Shown here: positions 33,001 through 41,113 of the stretch, in pieces
Numbering within the stretch: the first letter of the stretch is position 1
How the letters are laid out: every line of letters starts with the position of its first letter
NCBI GenBank assembly: GCA_002482645.1
Contig: DLGJ01000015.1
Coordinates: 25,015-89,014 of the forward strand
Length of the DNA: 64,000 nt
Reading direction: 5' to 3'
DNA from: Hyphomicrobiaceae bacterium UBA7697
Lineage (GTDB): Bacteria > Pseudomonadota > Alphaproteobacteria > Rhizobiales > Methyloligellaceae
Program-made: the position numbers and the translations under genes
Notes under the pieces: generated by a model
The model's database searches: none
Seen by the model: the letters and a program-made list of their open reading frames with translations, nothing else
What the model was told of the DNA's origin: nothing

Positions 33001-33290
33001 ACGGCCGTGGACGTCAAGCCGGACGCGGCAAAGAGGCGGGCGGCGAGGGCGAACGCCCGCAGCGGCAGGCCAAGCATCACCGGAAGGGGCAGCAGGGCAA
33101 GCCGCCCCGGAAGCCGCACAAAGGCGAACGGCACGACAAGGGCGAACGGCACGCAAAGGGCCGGGACCGCAACGACGAGGGCAATCGCGCACCCAAGCGG
33201 GAACAACTCAAGCCGGAGCATTCGCCCTTCGCGGCCCTGATGGAGCTCCGCGACAGCCTCGCCGCGCGCGGCCGCTCGGGACAGAGCTGA
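30084..33290 (+). CDS. SUV3-like SF2 helicase (MgpS-type helicase-related protein)
   Basis: LGPTNTGKT Walker A, IDEIQ, ATDAIGMGLNL, QIAGRAGR; low-complexity C-terminus. Confidence 0.92.
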   Translation: MSKALSTQSTGAQTIGAHGPPNRGRGVTAVLGPTNTGKTHLAIERMLAHDVGVIGLPLRLLAREVYEKVVAKVGAGQVALITGEEKIKPPRARFYVCTVEAMPRELEADFVAIDEIQLAADAERGHVFTNRLFHARGLSETLLLGAATMREAIRELLPGANLVSRPRMSNLTYAGEKKITRLPRRSAIVAFSANDVYAIAELVRRQRGGAAVVLGALSPRTRNAQVALYQNGDVDFLVATDAIGMGLNLDLDHVAFAGVRKFDGHTHRNLTPSELGQIAGRAGRHMNDGTFGVTGQVGPFDAESIERLETHAFDQVGVLQWRSRTLDTASIGALKESLRETPVHPRLIRSRMVDDVIALENVTRDEALCDMARSPASVGLLWDMCQIPDYQRVSPTDHADLVGTLFGFVMSEEGRIPEDWFSRQVGQADRTEGDLDTLSNRLAQIRTWTFVSHRAQWLDDPEHWQERTRSIEDKLSDALHERLTQRFVDRRTSVLMRRLRDKEEMMAEIGEDGQILVENHYVGRLDGFRFTPDSSGDGIHGKAARNAATQVLASELASRSDALSSATDDTIALSGSGRVLWQGCEVGRLVPGETALKPRIELFADENLSAPDRERVAMRLDAWLAAHLDAKLKPLMALSAAEDLTGLARGLAFRITENLGVLRREGAADDIKALDQSDRAQLRKYGVRFGAFNLYFPALLKPAAAELLLLLWALHGGREYGIDVDAMPERPQQGLTSVPADQALPEPYWRAAGFHVAGNRAVRIDMLERLSDLIRARVTWRQAPEAPAPEASAPEAPAPEATAVVSPAVEALTSEAEGAEVPAAPSPEPAGEPAGARTASADGGGAGTDTAPAPAAATSPKPPAGPSGATGDGGFRVVPELMSMVGCSGEEFASILRGLGFRLERRRIENAGAAMGGDLATTAEPAATEGTDTGEGAAQAGAGDEQQAQAGAEPVFDEIWRPAKRRTQRQQQHGRGRQAGRGKEAGGEGERPQRQAKHHRKGQQGKPPRKPHKGERHDKGERHAKGRDRNDEGNRAPKREQLKPEHSPFAALMELRDSLAARGRSGQS

Positions 33291-33302
33291 CCGGCCGCTC
33301 GC

Positions 33303-33668
33303 GTGACCGGCCAACGGCTCGATAAATGGCTCTGGTGCGCGCGGCTGGCCAAGACACGCTCGGCCGCGACGCGGCTGATCGCCGACGGCAAAGTGCGGAT
33401 CAACGGCGAGCGGGTGCGCAAAGCCAGCCGGATCGTTCAACCTGGAGACGTCGTTACGGCGACGCCGCCGGGGAGGCTCGTGGTGTGGCGGGTGCGCGAT
33501 AGCGCGGAGCGGCGCGGTCCGGCGCCGCTGGCGCAAACGCTTTATGAGGATTTGACGCCGCCCGTGGAGGAAGCGGCTGACGAAGCGCAAACGGAGATGC
33601 GCGCCGGAAAACGGCCCACGAAACGGGACCGGCGCCGTATCGAGACATTTCGCGCAATTTGGAGCTGA
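33303..33668 (+). CDS. RNA-binding S4 domain protein (Hsp15/HslR-like)
   Basis: QRLDKWLWCARLAKTRS, GKRPTKRDRR. Confidence 0.92.
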   Translation: MTGQRLDKWLWCARLAKTRSAATRLIADGKVRINGERVRKASRIVQPGDVVTATPPGRLVVWRVRDSAERRGPAPLAQTLYEDLTPPVEEAADEAQTEMRAGKRPTKRDRRRIETFRAIWS

Positions 33669-33896
33669 CGCCGGGGCGCCTTGGGGGCTCTTCGGCGGGC
33701 AATGGAAATTCCGCCTCGAATTGCGCCCGGACGCCGCAAATCCATCCTAAAATTCCGCATCGGCCGGGTTCCGGCGCGGCTTGTGCTGCCGACACTATTG
33801 TTATAGGCAGGGCTCCTTCCCTCCCCCGGGCTCACCGAACAGCCCGAACAGGGCTTTCGAAACTGGGCTGGGACAGCCCGATAGCGTGTGGGATCG

Positions 33897-34235
33897 ATGA
33901 CTTACGTCGTCACTGAAGTTTGCATTAAGTGCAAATATACGGACTGTGTTGAGGTCTGCCCCGTGGATTGCTTCTACGAGGGCGACAACATGCTCGTCAT
34001 TCACCCCGACGAGTGCATTGATTGCGGCGTTTGCGAGCCGGAATGTCCGGTGGATGCCATCAAGCCCGATACCGAGCCGGACCTCGACAAATGGCTCGAT
34101 GTGAACCGGCAATACTCCGAAGTGTGGCCGAACATCACGACCAAGAAGCCGGCCCCCGACGACGCCGACAGCTTCCAGGCCGAGCCGGACAAGTTCGAGA
34201 AATACTTCTCGGCGGATCCGGGCGAAGGCGACTAG
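33897..34235 (+). CDS. fdxA: 7Fe ferredoxin FdxA
   Basis: [41 protein letters not shown]. Confidence 0.96.
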   Translation: MTYVVTEVCIKCKYTDCVEVCPVDCFYEGDNMLVIHPDECIDCGVCEPECPVDAIKPDTEPDLDKWLDVNRQYSEVWPNITTKKPAPDDADSFQAEPDKFEKYFSADPGEGD

Positions 34236-34623
34236 GGCCGGTTTCGGGTCTTTCGGGGCGGCTCTGGAGCGGCCCTCCCGTTAACCTTTCGGTCAAAATG
34301 CCGCATTCGCCGTTGCAAAATGGCCGCCGCCTTCAATCCAGGCGGCTTCCGAAATACCGAAATTTGTGATATGGTGTCTTTGACATGGCGCAGACTGCCG
34401 GCGCGTGAGGCACCAAGAGAGGCGAGCCGGTTGGGCGCGCTTTTTTTCTGAGCTTCGAAGAGGTGTAGGCGATCGGGGACCCCTGATCGAACGCTTCTGT
34501 ATTGTCCGCGAAGGCCGCCCCCCGGCGGCGCCAGCGTTCCGATCGCTGGCCGATTTTGACGCGGACACGCTCACGCATCTCTGTCTTGGCGCCCCCACGA
34601 TTTTTCAACAGCGAGGCGAGCAT

Positions 34624-35193
34624 ATGGCCGATAAGAAGAGACCCCAGCAGAGAAACGGTTTTCGGACGAACGAATTCATAGTCTACCCTGCGCACGGCGT
34701 GGGCCGCATTGTGAGCATTGAGGAGCAGGAGATCGCCGGCGCGAAGCTCGAGCTCTTCGTCATCAATTTCGACAAGGATAAGATGACGCTTCGCGTTCCC
34801 ACCACGAAGCTCGAAAGCGTCGGCATGCGCAAGTTGTCCGACGACAAGATCGTGAAGAAGGCTCTGACCACGCTGAAGGGCAAGGCCCGCGTGAAGCGCA
34901 CCATGTGGTCGCGCCGCGCCCAGGAATACGAAGCCAAGATCAATTCCGGCGATCTCATCTCCATCGCCGAAGTGGTCCGCGATCTGTATCGCTCCGAAGC
35001 GCAGCCCGAGCAGTCCTACTCCGAGCGCCAGCTCTACGAAGCCGCGCTGGATCGCATGGCGCGCGAGCTTGCCGCCGTGGAGAAACTGGACGAGGACAGC
35101 GCGATCGCCAAGATCGACGACATCCTCGCCAAGTCGGCGCGCAGCGCCAAGGCCGCCGCCGAGGCCGAGACGGCCGGGAAAGCCGCCGCCTAA
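34624..35193 (+). CDS. carD: CarD family transcriptional regulator
   Basis: VYPAHGVG, WSRRAQEYEAKINSGD, SYSERQLY. Confidence 0.96.
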   Translation: MADKKRPQQRNGFRTNEFIVYPAHGVGRIVSIEEQEIAGAKLELFVINFDKDKMTLRVPTTKLESVGMRKLSDDKIVKKALTTLKGKARVKRTMWSRRAQEYEAKINSGDLISIAEVVRDLYRSEAQPEQSYSERQLYEAALDRMARELAAVEKLDEDSAIAKIDDILAKSARSAKAAAEAETAGKAAA

Positions 35194-35218
35194 AGCGGCT
35201 CCGAGCTATGCAGTTTCG

Positions 35219-35246
35219 AAAGGCCGGGCCTCTTGCCCGGCCTTTT
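35219..35246. terminator. Bidirectional intrinsic terminator after carD
   Basis: aaaggccgggc-ctctt-gcccggcctttt. Confidence 0.85.
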
Positions 35247-35291
35247 CGTTTGGCGAGAGCCGCATCCCCTTCTTTCCGGTGCCGGACGGAA

Positions 35292-36113
35292 TCAGCCGGC
35301 GCCGGGTGAAGCACCCAAGACCTCGATCTCTTCGGGATGGGAAATCCTGATCATTGGCCCATTCCACCATTCGACCCAGCCACGAACGCGAATCCGCTTG
35401 CCCGGCAGCGCCGCGAGATCGAGCCCTGCCGCTTCCAGGGCAGGCAAGCGCTTGCGCGGAATCGCGACCGTGAAGTCGCTCCGCCAGTCCTCCACGAAGT
35501 TGATATAGACCAGCGTCTTTCCCTCGCCGACCCCGTGCACCGTCCCCTCTACGAGCTGGTAGCTGTGCCGCAGATAGCCAAGGGCCTTGGGGTTGTTCGC
35601 GTCGCGCACCTGGTAGGTCAGCGACCGCCACAGCCCTCGCCTGCCGTCGCGCGCCTCGCGCTCGGCCGCGACAAGCGGCGCGAGACACGCCCCGAGATCG
35701 GGCAGGGCCGCGACGCGCGCCAGCCCCTCCTCGACGAGTTTCGCCTGCAGCCAGACGAGGCTGCCATCGTGCTCGACATAGACCTGCGCCAGCACATGCC
35801 CGTGCCGGTCCTCCTTGCGCGCATCGAAGCGCAGCTCGGCCGTGGACCCGGTAGCGATCTTGGCAAGCGCCTCCTCGGCGAGCACCGCGAAGGGCCAGGG
35901 CTCGGGACCGTCCCAGTCCCGCGGGGCAGCGGGCGCCTGAACCCCGAGAAGCCGCACCGCGCGGCCGTCTTCGAGCCGCACCGTCTCGCCGTCGATGGCA
36001 TCGGCTATGGCGACCGTTTCCCCAGGCGGCAAATCGCAGCCGTGGGGCAGCGCCAAGCTCCGTGGCGAGCCCATCGCAAGTCCGGCAAGGATCGCAGCTA
36101 CAAAGAGGCGCAT
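35292..36113 (-). CDS. Thermonuclease (SNase) family protein, exported
   Basis: Signal peptide; IDGETVRL, VRLLGVQAP, DRHGHVLA, LVEEGLARV, AREARDGRRGLW. Confidence 0.88.
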   Translation of the reverse strand: MRLFVAAILAGLAMGSPRSLALPHGCDLPPGETVAIADAIDGETVRLEDGRAVRLLGVQAPAAPRDWDGPEPWPFAVLAEEALAKIATGSTAELRFDARKEDRHGHVLAQVYVEHDGSLVWLQAKLVEEGLARVAALPDLGACLAPLVAAEREARDGRRGLWRSLTYQVRDANNPKALGYLRHSYQLVEGTVHGVGEGKTLVYINFVEDWRSDFTVAIPRKRLPALEAAGLDLAALPGKRIRVRGWVEWWNGPMIRISHPEEIEVLGASPGAG

Positions 36114-36173
36114 CGGTCATTCTAGGAACGCGTGGTGCGCCGGAACAAGGCGATAGAGTGCGGGCGCCGGCCC

Positions 36174-37583
36174 TCAGCCGACGCGGACGAAGCCGGCGAG
36201 GCCCGTCTTCTGGTGTTCGATCACATGGCAATGGAAGGCCCAGTCGCCGGGATTGTCGGCGACGAGCCCGATATCGATCGTCTCGCTCCGGTTGAGGACG
36301 ACCGTGTCGGTCCAGTTCGAAGGCAGCGTGCGCTTGTTCGACCGCAACGGGCGGAACACCAGCCCATGTAGATGGATCGGATGCATATTCGGACTCTCGT
36401 TGCGAAGGCGCAGCACATAGCTGCGCCCGAGCTTGAGATCCGCGACCGGCTCCGTGCCCTTCGCCGCGTCTCCAGGCCAAGGCTTCCGGTCGATGGACCA
36501 AAACGTGTAGCCAAAGGACCCGCAGAAGCCGTTGTTCGGCTTCAGACCGTCCGGGGACCAACCGAACACCAGTTCGATGATCTCGCTCGATGCCTCGTCG
36601 AAATGGGCCAAGCGATTGGGCTGCAGCGGCCTAAGCTCATCGAGAGTACGGCCGAGATTGGAACCGGTCGCGCGAAGCGTGGCGAGGGCCTGGGTGCGCA
36701 TCGGGGTTCGATAGGTCACCACAACGTCCCGGCCTGCGGTGTCCGGCATCCGCAAGGCCACGTCCAGTCTCTGGCCCGGCGCCACCGTGATAGGCGCCTC
36801 GGCTGTCGGCCACGGGAGTTCCTCGCGCAACGGATGCCCGTCTGCGGCAACGATGCGCCCCTCCGCGCCGTCGATCGTCAATGTGTAGATCCGCGTCGTG
36901 TCGGTCGCCGCGATGCGAAGCCGGACGAGCGAGCCGGCCGGATGCTCGTAGACCGGGTTCTGCTCCCAATTCGCGGTCATCACTGTGCCGAGCGTTCCGC
37001 CCCGCGCGGCCGACCGGGCCGAGAACAGCTTCATGAATTGATCGTCCTTGCCGATCCGGAAGTCATGAAGGTTCAGGACCGTCTCGCCGTCGAAGCCCGG
37101 ATCGTCCGTCTCGGCGACGACGATGATCCCGGTGAGACCGCGCGCCATCTGCTCCATGGTCTGGCAATGGGGATGATACCAATAGGTTCCGGCGTCCTTG
37201 GGCGTATAGCTGTAGCGCCAAGTCTCGCCTTGCTGGATCGGCCATTGGGTGAGGTAGGGCACGCCGTCCATCTCGTTCGGCACGCGGATGCCGTGCCAGT
37301 GCATCGTCGATGCCTCCTCGAGCGCATTGGTCACGTCGATCGAAAACGGCACACCCTCCCGCATGCGAAGGACCGGCGGCGGCGCATCGGGAAACACGCT
37401 CACCATGTTCTCGGTCACGGCGTCGCGAAGACGGTAGCGCGCGGCCTGGATGCGGAGTTCGGACGGCGGCGCCTCCGCCGCACGCGCGAACGCGGCAAAA
37501 CCCGATGACAGAGCAAGACCCGATGGCAGAGCAAGACCCGCGGCTCCCGCCCCCGCCAGGGCGAGAAAGCCGCGGCGGTCCAT
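36174..37583 (-). CDS. Multicopper oxidase, Tat-exported
   Basis: MDRRGFL twin-arginine; MHWHG, WYHPH, HPIHLHG, FHCHVIEHQKTGL. Confidence 0.95.
   Translation of the reverse strand: MDRRGFLALAGAGAAGLALPSGLALSSGFAAFARAAEAPPSELRIQAARYRLRDAVTENMVSVFPDAPPPVLRMREGVPFSIDVTNALEEASTMHWHGIRVPNEMDGVPYLTQWPIQQGETWRYSYTPKDAGTYWYHPHCQTMEQMARGLTGIIVVAETDDPGFDGETVLNLHDFRIGKDDQFMKLFSARSAARGGTLGTVMTANWEQNPVYEHPAGSLVRLRIAATDTTRIYTLTIDGAEGRIVAADGHPLREELPWPTAEAPITVAPGQRLDVALRMPDTAGRDVVVTYRTPMRTQALATLRATGSNLGRTLDELRPLQPNRLAHFDEASSEIIELVFGWSPDGLKPNNGFCGSFGYTFWSIDRKPWPGDAAKGTEPVADLKLGRSYVLRLRNESPNMHPIHLHGLVFRPLRSNKRTLPSNWTDTVVLNRSETIDIGLVADNPGDWAFHCHVIEHQKTGLAGFVRVG
37501..37540. repeat. 18-bp tandem duplication in the MCO signal peptide
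   Basis: cccgatgacagagcaaga / cccgatggcagagcaaga. Confidence 0.8.
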
Positions 37584-37775
37584 CCGAAACGGCGCTTTCA
37601 TTAGAATATTTCCAATGTTTTCAAACGACTATAGCCCTACGAGGCGTATAACCTTGGTATTTCTATGTTGCGCGGCAGACCTTGAGCTGCGTCATACGGT
37701 CGGCATGGGGCGCATCCAGCCCACGGCAAACGGGCTGGCGCTCAACCAGGCGCCAGTGTAGCAACGTAAAGCAAC

Positions 37776-37852
37776 GGCCCCGTAGCTCAGCAGGATAGAG
37801 CATCAGATTCCTAATCTGAGGGTCGCAGGTTCGAATCCTGCCGGGGTCACCA
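37776..37852 (+). tRNA. tRNA-Arg (CCT)
   Basis: 77-nt cloverleaf; anticodon stem TCAGA-TTCCTAA-TCTGA; T-loop GTTCGAATC; encoded CCA. Confidence 0.97.
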
Positions 37853-38050
37853 ACTAAAGCACTGTCCAGCCCGAAGACCCGGAACCAGTGCCCGCTGCCA
37901 CTACCGCATCGGCAAAGACACGACCGGCCGGCTCGAGCACCGGACATGTCAACGCCAGCCGGGACGGAAGACCACCTCGTCGTACCGGCCGGCAGGAAGC
38001 GAAGCATGACTCCGAAACGTCGAAGCAACGTGCGCTCCTGGCATGGGACA

Positions 38051-38347
38051 CTAGTGCCGCTTTTGCTCTTCCAGCCTCCTGTCCGCCATCTCTTTGAGAG
38101 TACCGAGCATTTTGCCCAGGCTCTTCGTCAGGTCGACGGCGGCGGCCGGCGACAAGGCGAGCCGCGTGGTCACATGGACAGTCGCGGAAGCCGCGCCCGC
38201 TTCTCGCGTGCCGAGAGGAAGAACGCGCGCCACTCCAAAGGTCAGACTGACGCAAGCGCCGTCGAAGGCCGCACCAACGAGCTTGTTGACGTAGCTCTCC
38301 TTGACCGATGGATCGTCTAAGATTTGAGCCGTCTGCCGTTCAGTCAC
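38051..38347 (-). CDS. Small hypothetical protein (DUF3467-like pattern)
   Basis: GTG start with GGAGG RBS; YVN..LTF..RLALSP.AA..L..SL pattern. Confidence 0.7.
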   Translation of the reverse strand: MTERQTAQILDDPSVKESYVNKLVGAAFDGACVSLTFGVARVLPLGTREAGAASATVHVTTRLALSPAAAVDLTKSLGKMLGTLKEMADRRLEEQKRH

Positions 38348-38407
38348 GATCGTAACCTCCCAGATTGTTCAAAGTCTCTGTCTCCCCCAACCGCGACGCT
38401 CTCACCG

Positions 38408-38995
38408 TCAAGATCCACCGCGTGCCGGAACGCTCGCTTGCAAGCGTGGGAGGAAGTCCCAAAGGTCCCGGTTGAGATCACGCAGACTGCGGATCGCCGC
38501 CGACATTTCATCGATGCGGGCCTTGTCGACCTTACGGGTCTCCCCGAACTTGAACCGGCCCCGCCGTTCCACGATGCGCAAGGACTGCGTGTGCGTGATG
38601 TCGCCCTGCTCGTTGAGCATGAACATCGCGTGATTGAACTCGTTGCGCAGCCGCGTGGCGGCCGAAAAACGGTCGATCAAATCGTCAAGCTCCTGGCGAA
38701 CTTCCGTCTGAGAAATTCGGATGAGCGCCAAGCGCTGTATCAGGTCGAGCCTCGCCCGCGTGGTGTTGAGCGTCGAAAACACGATGGCGGCCGACACCTC
38801 GTCCGTATCGAGCAGAAGCATCAGCACATAGATGAACATGCTTTCGTTGTTGGACCAGCTGAAGGAGAGGTTCCCGATCAGCGCAAGAAGCATCGTCCGG
38901 CGGTCGGCGGACTCGAACGCGGCCGTCTCGATTGATTTGAAGTCCGGTTTAGGCGGCAGCTTTGAATTCATGGGGAGGACTCGCTTTTGATCCAT
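38408..38995 (-). CDS. Alpha-helical hypothetical protein with Rx4H (HEPN-like) motif
   Basis: LIGNLSFSWSNNES..RLRNEFNHAMF; host-like codon usage; start at 38995 or 38971. Confidence 0.7.
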   Translation of the reverse strand: MDQKRVLPMNSKLPPKPDFKSIETAAFESADRRTMLLALIGNLSFSWSNNESMFIYVLMLLLDTDEVSAAIVFSTLNTTRARLDLIQRLALIRISQTEVRQELDDLIDRFSAATRLRNEFNHAMFMLNEQGDITHTQSLRIVERRGRFKFGETRKVDKARIDEMSAAIRSLRDLNRDLWDFLPRLQASVPARGGS

Positions 38996-39056
38996 GAACG
39001 CGCGAAAATGCCGGTCCAACGCCAGTATCGATCCCCTTCCGACAAGGGGTAGTGCC

Positions 39057-39554
39057 ATGTTTGGACTTTTGAAAGTCCGCCGCGCACGCAAGGTCGCCGT
39101 TGCCTTGATCTCTCCTTTCGTCGAGGAGAGTCAGACTCGATTCTCCTCGCAGCTGACAGAACACGCATGGCTTGACCCGTACATGGTCGGCTTCATGAGC
39201 ATGCTGATATCACTGGCCGCCGAATACACGGCGGGACGCCTCGATTCTGAAAGCGCGGGCCTCGTCCAGCTTGAAGCGTGGCAGGAGGTGACAGGTTTTC
39301 CGAGCCACCTGATCGGAGAAGAAATCTGCCTGCTCAGCAGCGGACAGGACCGGAAATTCCGTCATGGCTGTCTCAACGCCAGTCGCTTCATGGAAGAGCT
39401 AACACGTCCCGTGCATAGCCATCCCGATCAGCTTCCGCCCGGCTACCGGACCCACGGCCTCAACTACGACCGCTCCGCAGCGATGGCGCTTTGGTCGGAA
39501 CTTTTTGATGGCCACATCGGGGCGCTCGATGGCGATCTGGGTTTGCCGCGGTAG
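39057..39554 (+). CDS. Hypothetical protein
   Basis: ATG with AAGGGG RBS; protein-like composition (WLDPYMVGFMSMLISLAAE). Confidence 0.7.
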   Translation: MFGLLKVRRARKVAVALISPFVEESQTRFSSQLTEHAWLDPYMVGFMSMLISLAAEYTAGRLDSESAGLVQLEAWQEVTGFPSHLIGEEICLLSSGQDRKFRHGCLNASRFMEELTRPVHSHPDQLPPGYRTHGLNYDRSAAMALWSELFDGHIGALDGDLGLPR

Positions 39555-40088
39555 GACACTTGCTTCCCACCCGATGCTTGCCGCCGCGACCGCTCTTGGA
39601 AGGCGCAACCATCTTTGGTTTCGTCAGTGGACGCAGTGGAAACCCAGAACCCCCTGACGATACATGGGTCGTCGTTTGGGTTCATTGGTGCTGTGGATGT
39701 CGTGGGGTGCACCGGCGGCGCAATCTCGGAAAAAGCAGCGAGAAACTCCGCAATCAGCTGCTGGCTACCATTCTCGCTTACGACACTCAGAAAATATTCT
39801 AGCTGAAGTTCACGCGGCGTTCGGCCCGCCATATCCAATGGGCGTGACATTTGACGCAACTCCCTACCCAACTGTACGCCATGACGACCATCAATGCTTA
39901 CGCTTCCGACCCAATGCTGCAATCTTAAGCAACTCCCAAGCCTATCGCTAGCCTTTTAATTTTTTGTGACGAATGTGTGGCGATTCCAAATAAAGTCCGT
40001 GTACGTTCGCTGCAAAGATGGCAAAGCTGGTACTTCTCGAAGGCGGCTTGAAGGCAGCGAAGGAATTCGATCCCCTTATGGGTTGGAT

Positions 40089-40514
40089 TTACCGGCCGCG
40101 ACGCTGTAGGCGGAGCTTTTGCTCCCAAACGCGCAATCGCAAAAGCATTGCGGTGCCGGTTTTGGCGGTTACGCCCAATATCTTTGCCGCTTTATAGGAG
40201 CTCAGGGACGGCCCCAGCGCACGGCTGAGCATGATGAGCTGCAGCCATTTGTGCATAGGGACCTTGCTGTCCTGAAAGATCGTTCCGAGCTTGACCGTGA
40301 AGGGGCGCCGGCAGTCATAGCACTTATACGTATGGATGCGGGTGCTCTCCCCGGTCAGACGCCCTATGCGGCGGCTGCCTCCGCAATGGGGACAGACCGG
40401 ACCGTCCGGCCAGATTTGTCGCTCGACAAATTCGTAGGCCGCCTCTTCGTCACGAAACGTGCCGAAGTCCAGTGTCTCTCGCCGCTTCATGAGTGTGCCA
40501 GACGCCAGCGACAT
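40089..40514 (-). CDS. IS1595-family transposase N-terminal Zn-ribbon/HTH only (no DDE domain)
   Basis: FRDEEAAYEFVERQIWPDGPVCPHCG..YKCYDCRRPFTVKLGTIFQDSKVPMHKW..SSYKAAKILGVTAKT. Confidence 0.8.
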   Translation of the reverse strand: MSLASGTLMKRRETLDFGTFRDEEAAYEFVERQIWPDGPVCPHCGGSRRIGRLTGESTRIHTYKCYDCRRPFTVKLGTIFQDSKVPMHKWLQLIMLSRALGPSLSSYKAAKILGVTAKTGTAMLLRLRVWEQKLRLQRRGR

Positions 40515-41113
40515 CGCTCGCGATCCTCTAGCCGAGCCACCCGATGGACACGCCCGTAAGCTGTTCCTTCCAACAGACGTTGCCGTGAGCTACGACGCCC
40601 CCGGAATTCTACAGCAGGCCCATTTTGGGCTCAACAGTAGAGTTGGGTACGCGTTGTATACATCGTGGTACGCTTAGTATTATTTTCACCCTTGGCGTTT
40701 GCGTTAGAGGTTTAGCGTAAACAACAAACCTGCTACGTCTTGAGTACGTATTATACAATATCCTATAACATATGCTGCATTACACCATAAGAACTGGGTA
40801 CATATTATGTGCCCTTTGGTATGTATAAGAATATTGCGAAAATTTCTGTGCCTCTTCCTAATATAGGGACCTTGATCGGACCACGTTCCGGTCAAGAAGC
40901 CAGTGGAAGGAGGCGGATACCCAGAGGACTCGTCCCGCTACCACAAGCGGCAGATTGACGGTGCGTCTTGGCGTAAGCGAGCCGTTCCGCGATCGGGGCC
41001 GCAGATGATGATGAACCGAAACTGGATGTCATCGCATATGCGTTCCTCGCCGACGCAGAAGATCAGCGAGATTCTCAGCCGCGATGCGTCCCTGTAAGGC
41101 CAAGGAGACCATC

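Noticed and set aside
39464-39922. Minus-strand ORF (MAGRTPRELQLEYFL...) and overlapping plus-strand ORFs
   Set aside because: Partly protein-like, but no RBS or family recognised and frames conflict; unresolved.
40089-40514. Active IS1595 element
   Set aside because: No DDE catalytic domain and no terminal inverted repeats seen.
40903-41097. 64-aa ORF or riboswitch in the leader of gene A
   Set aside because: No recognisable riboswitch consensus or convincing coding signal.
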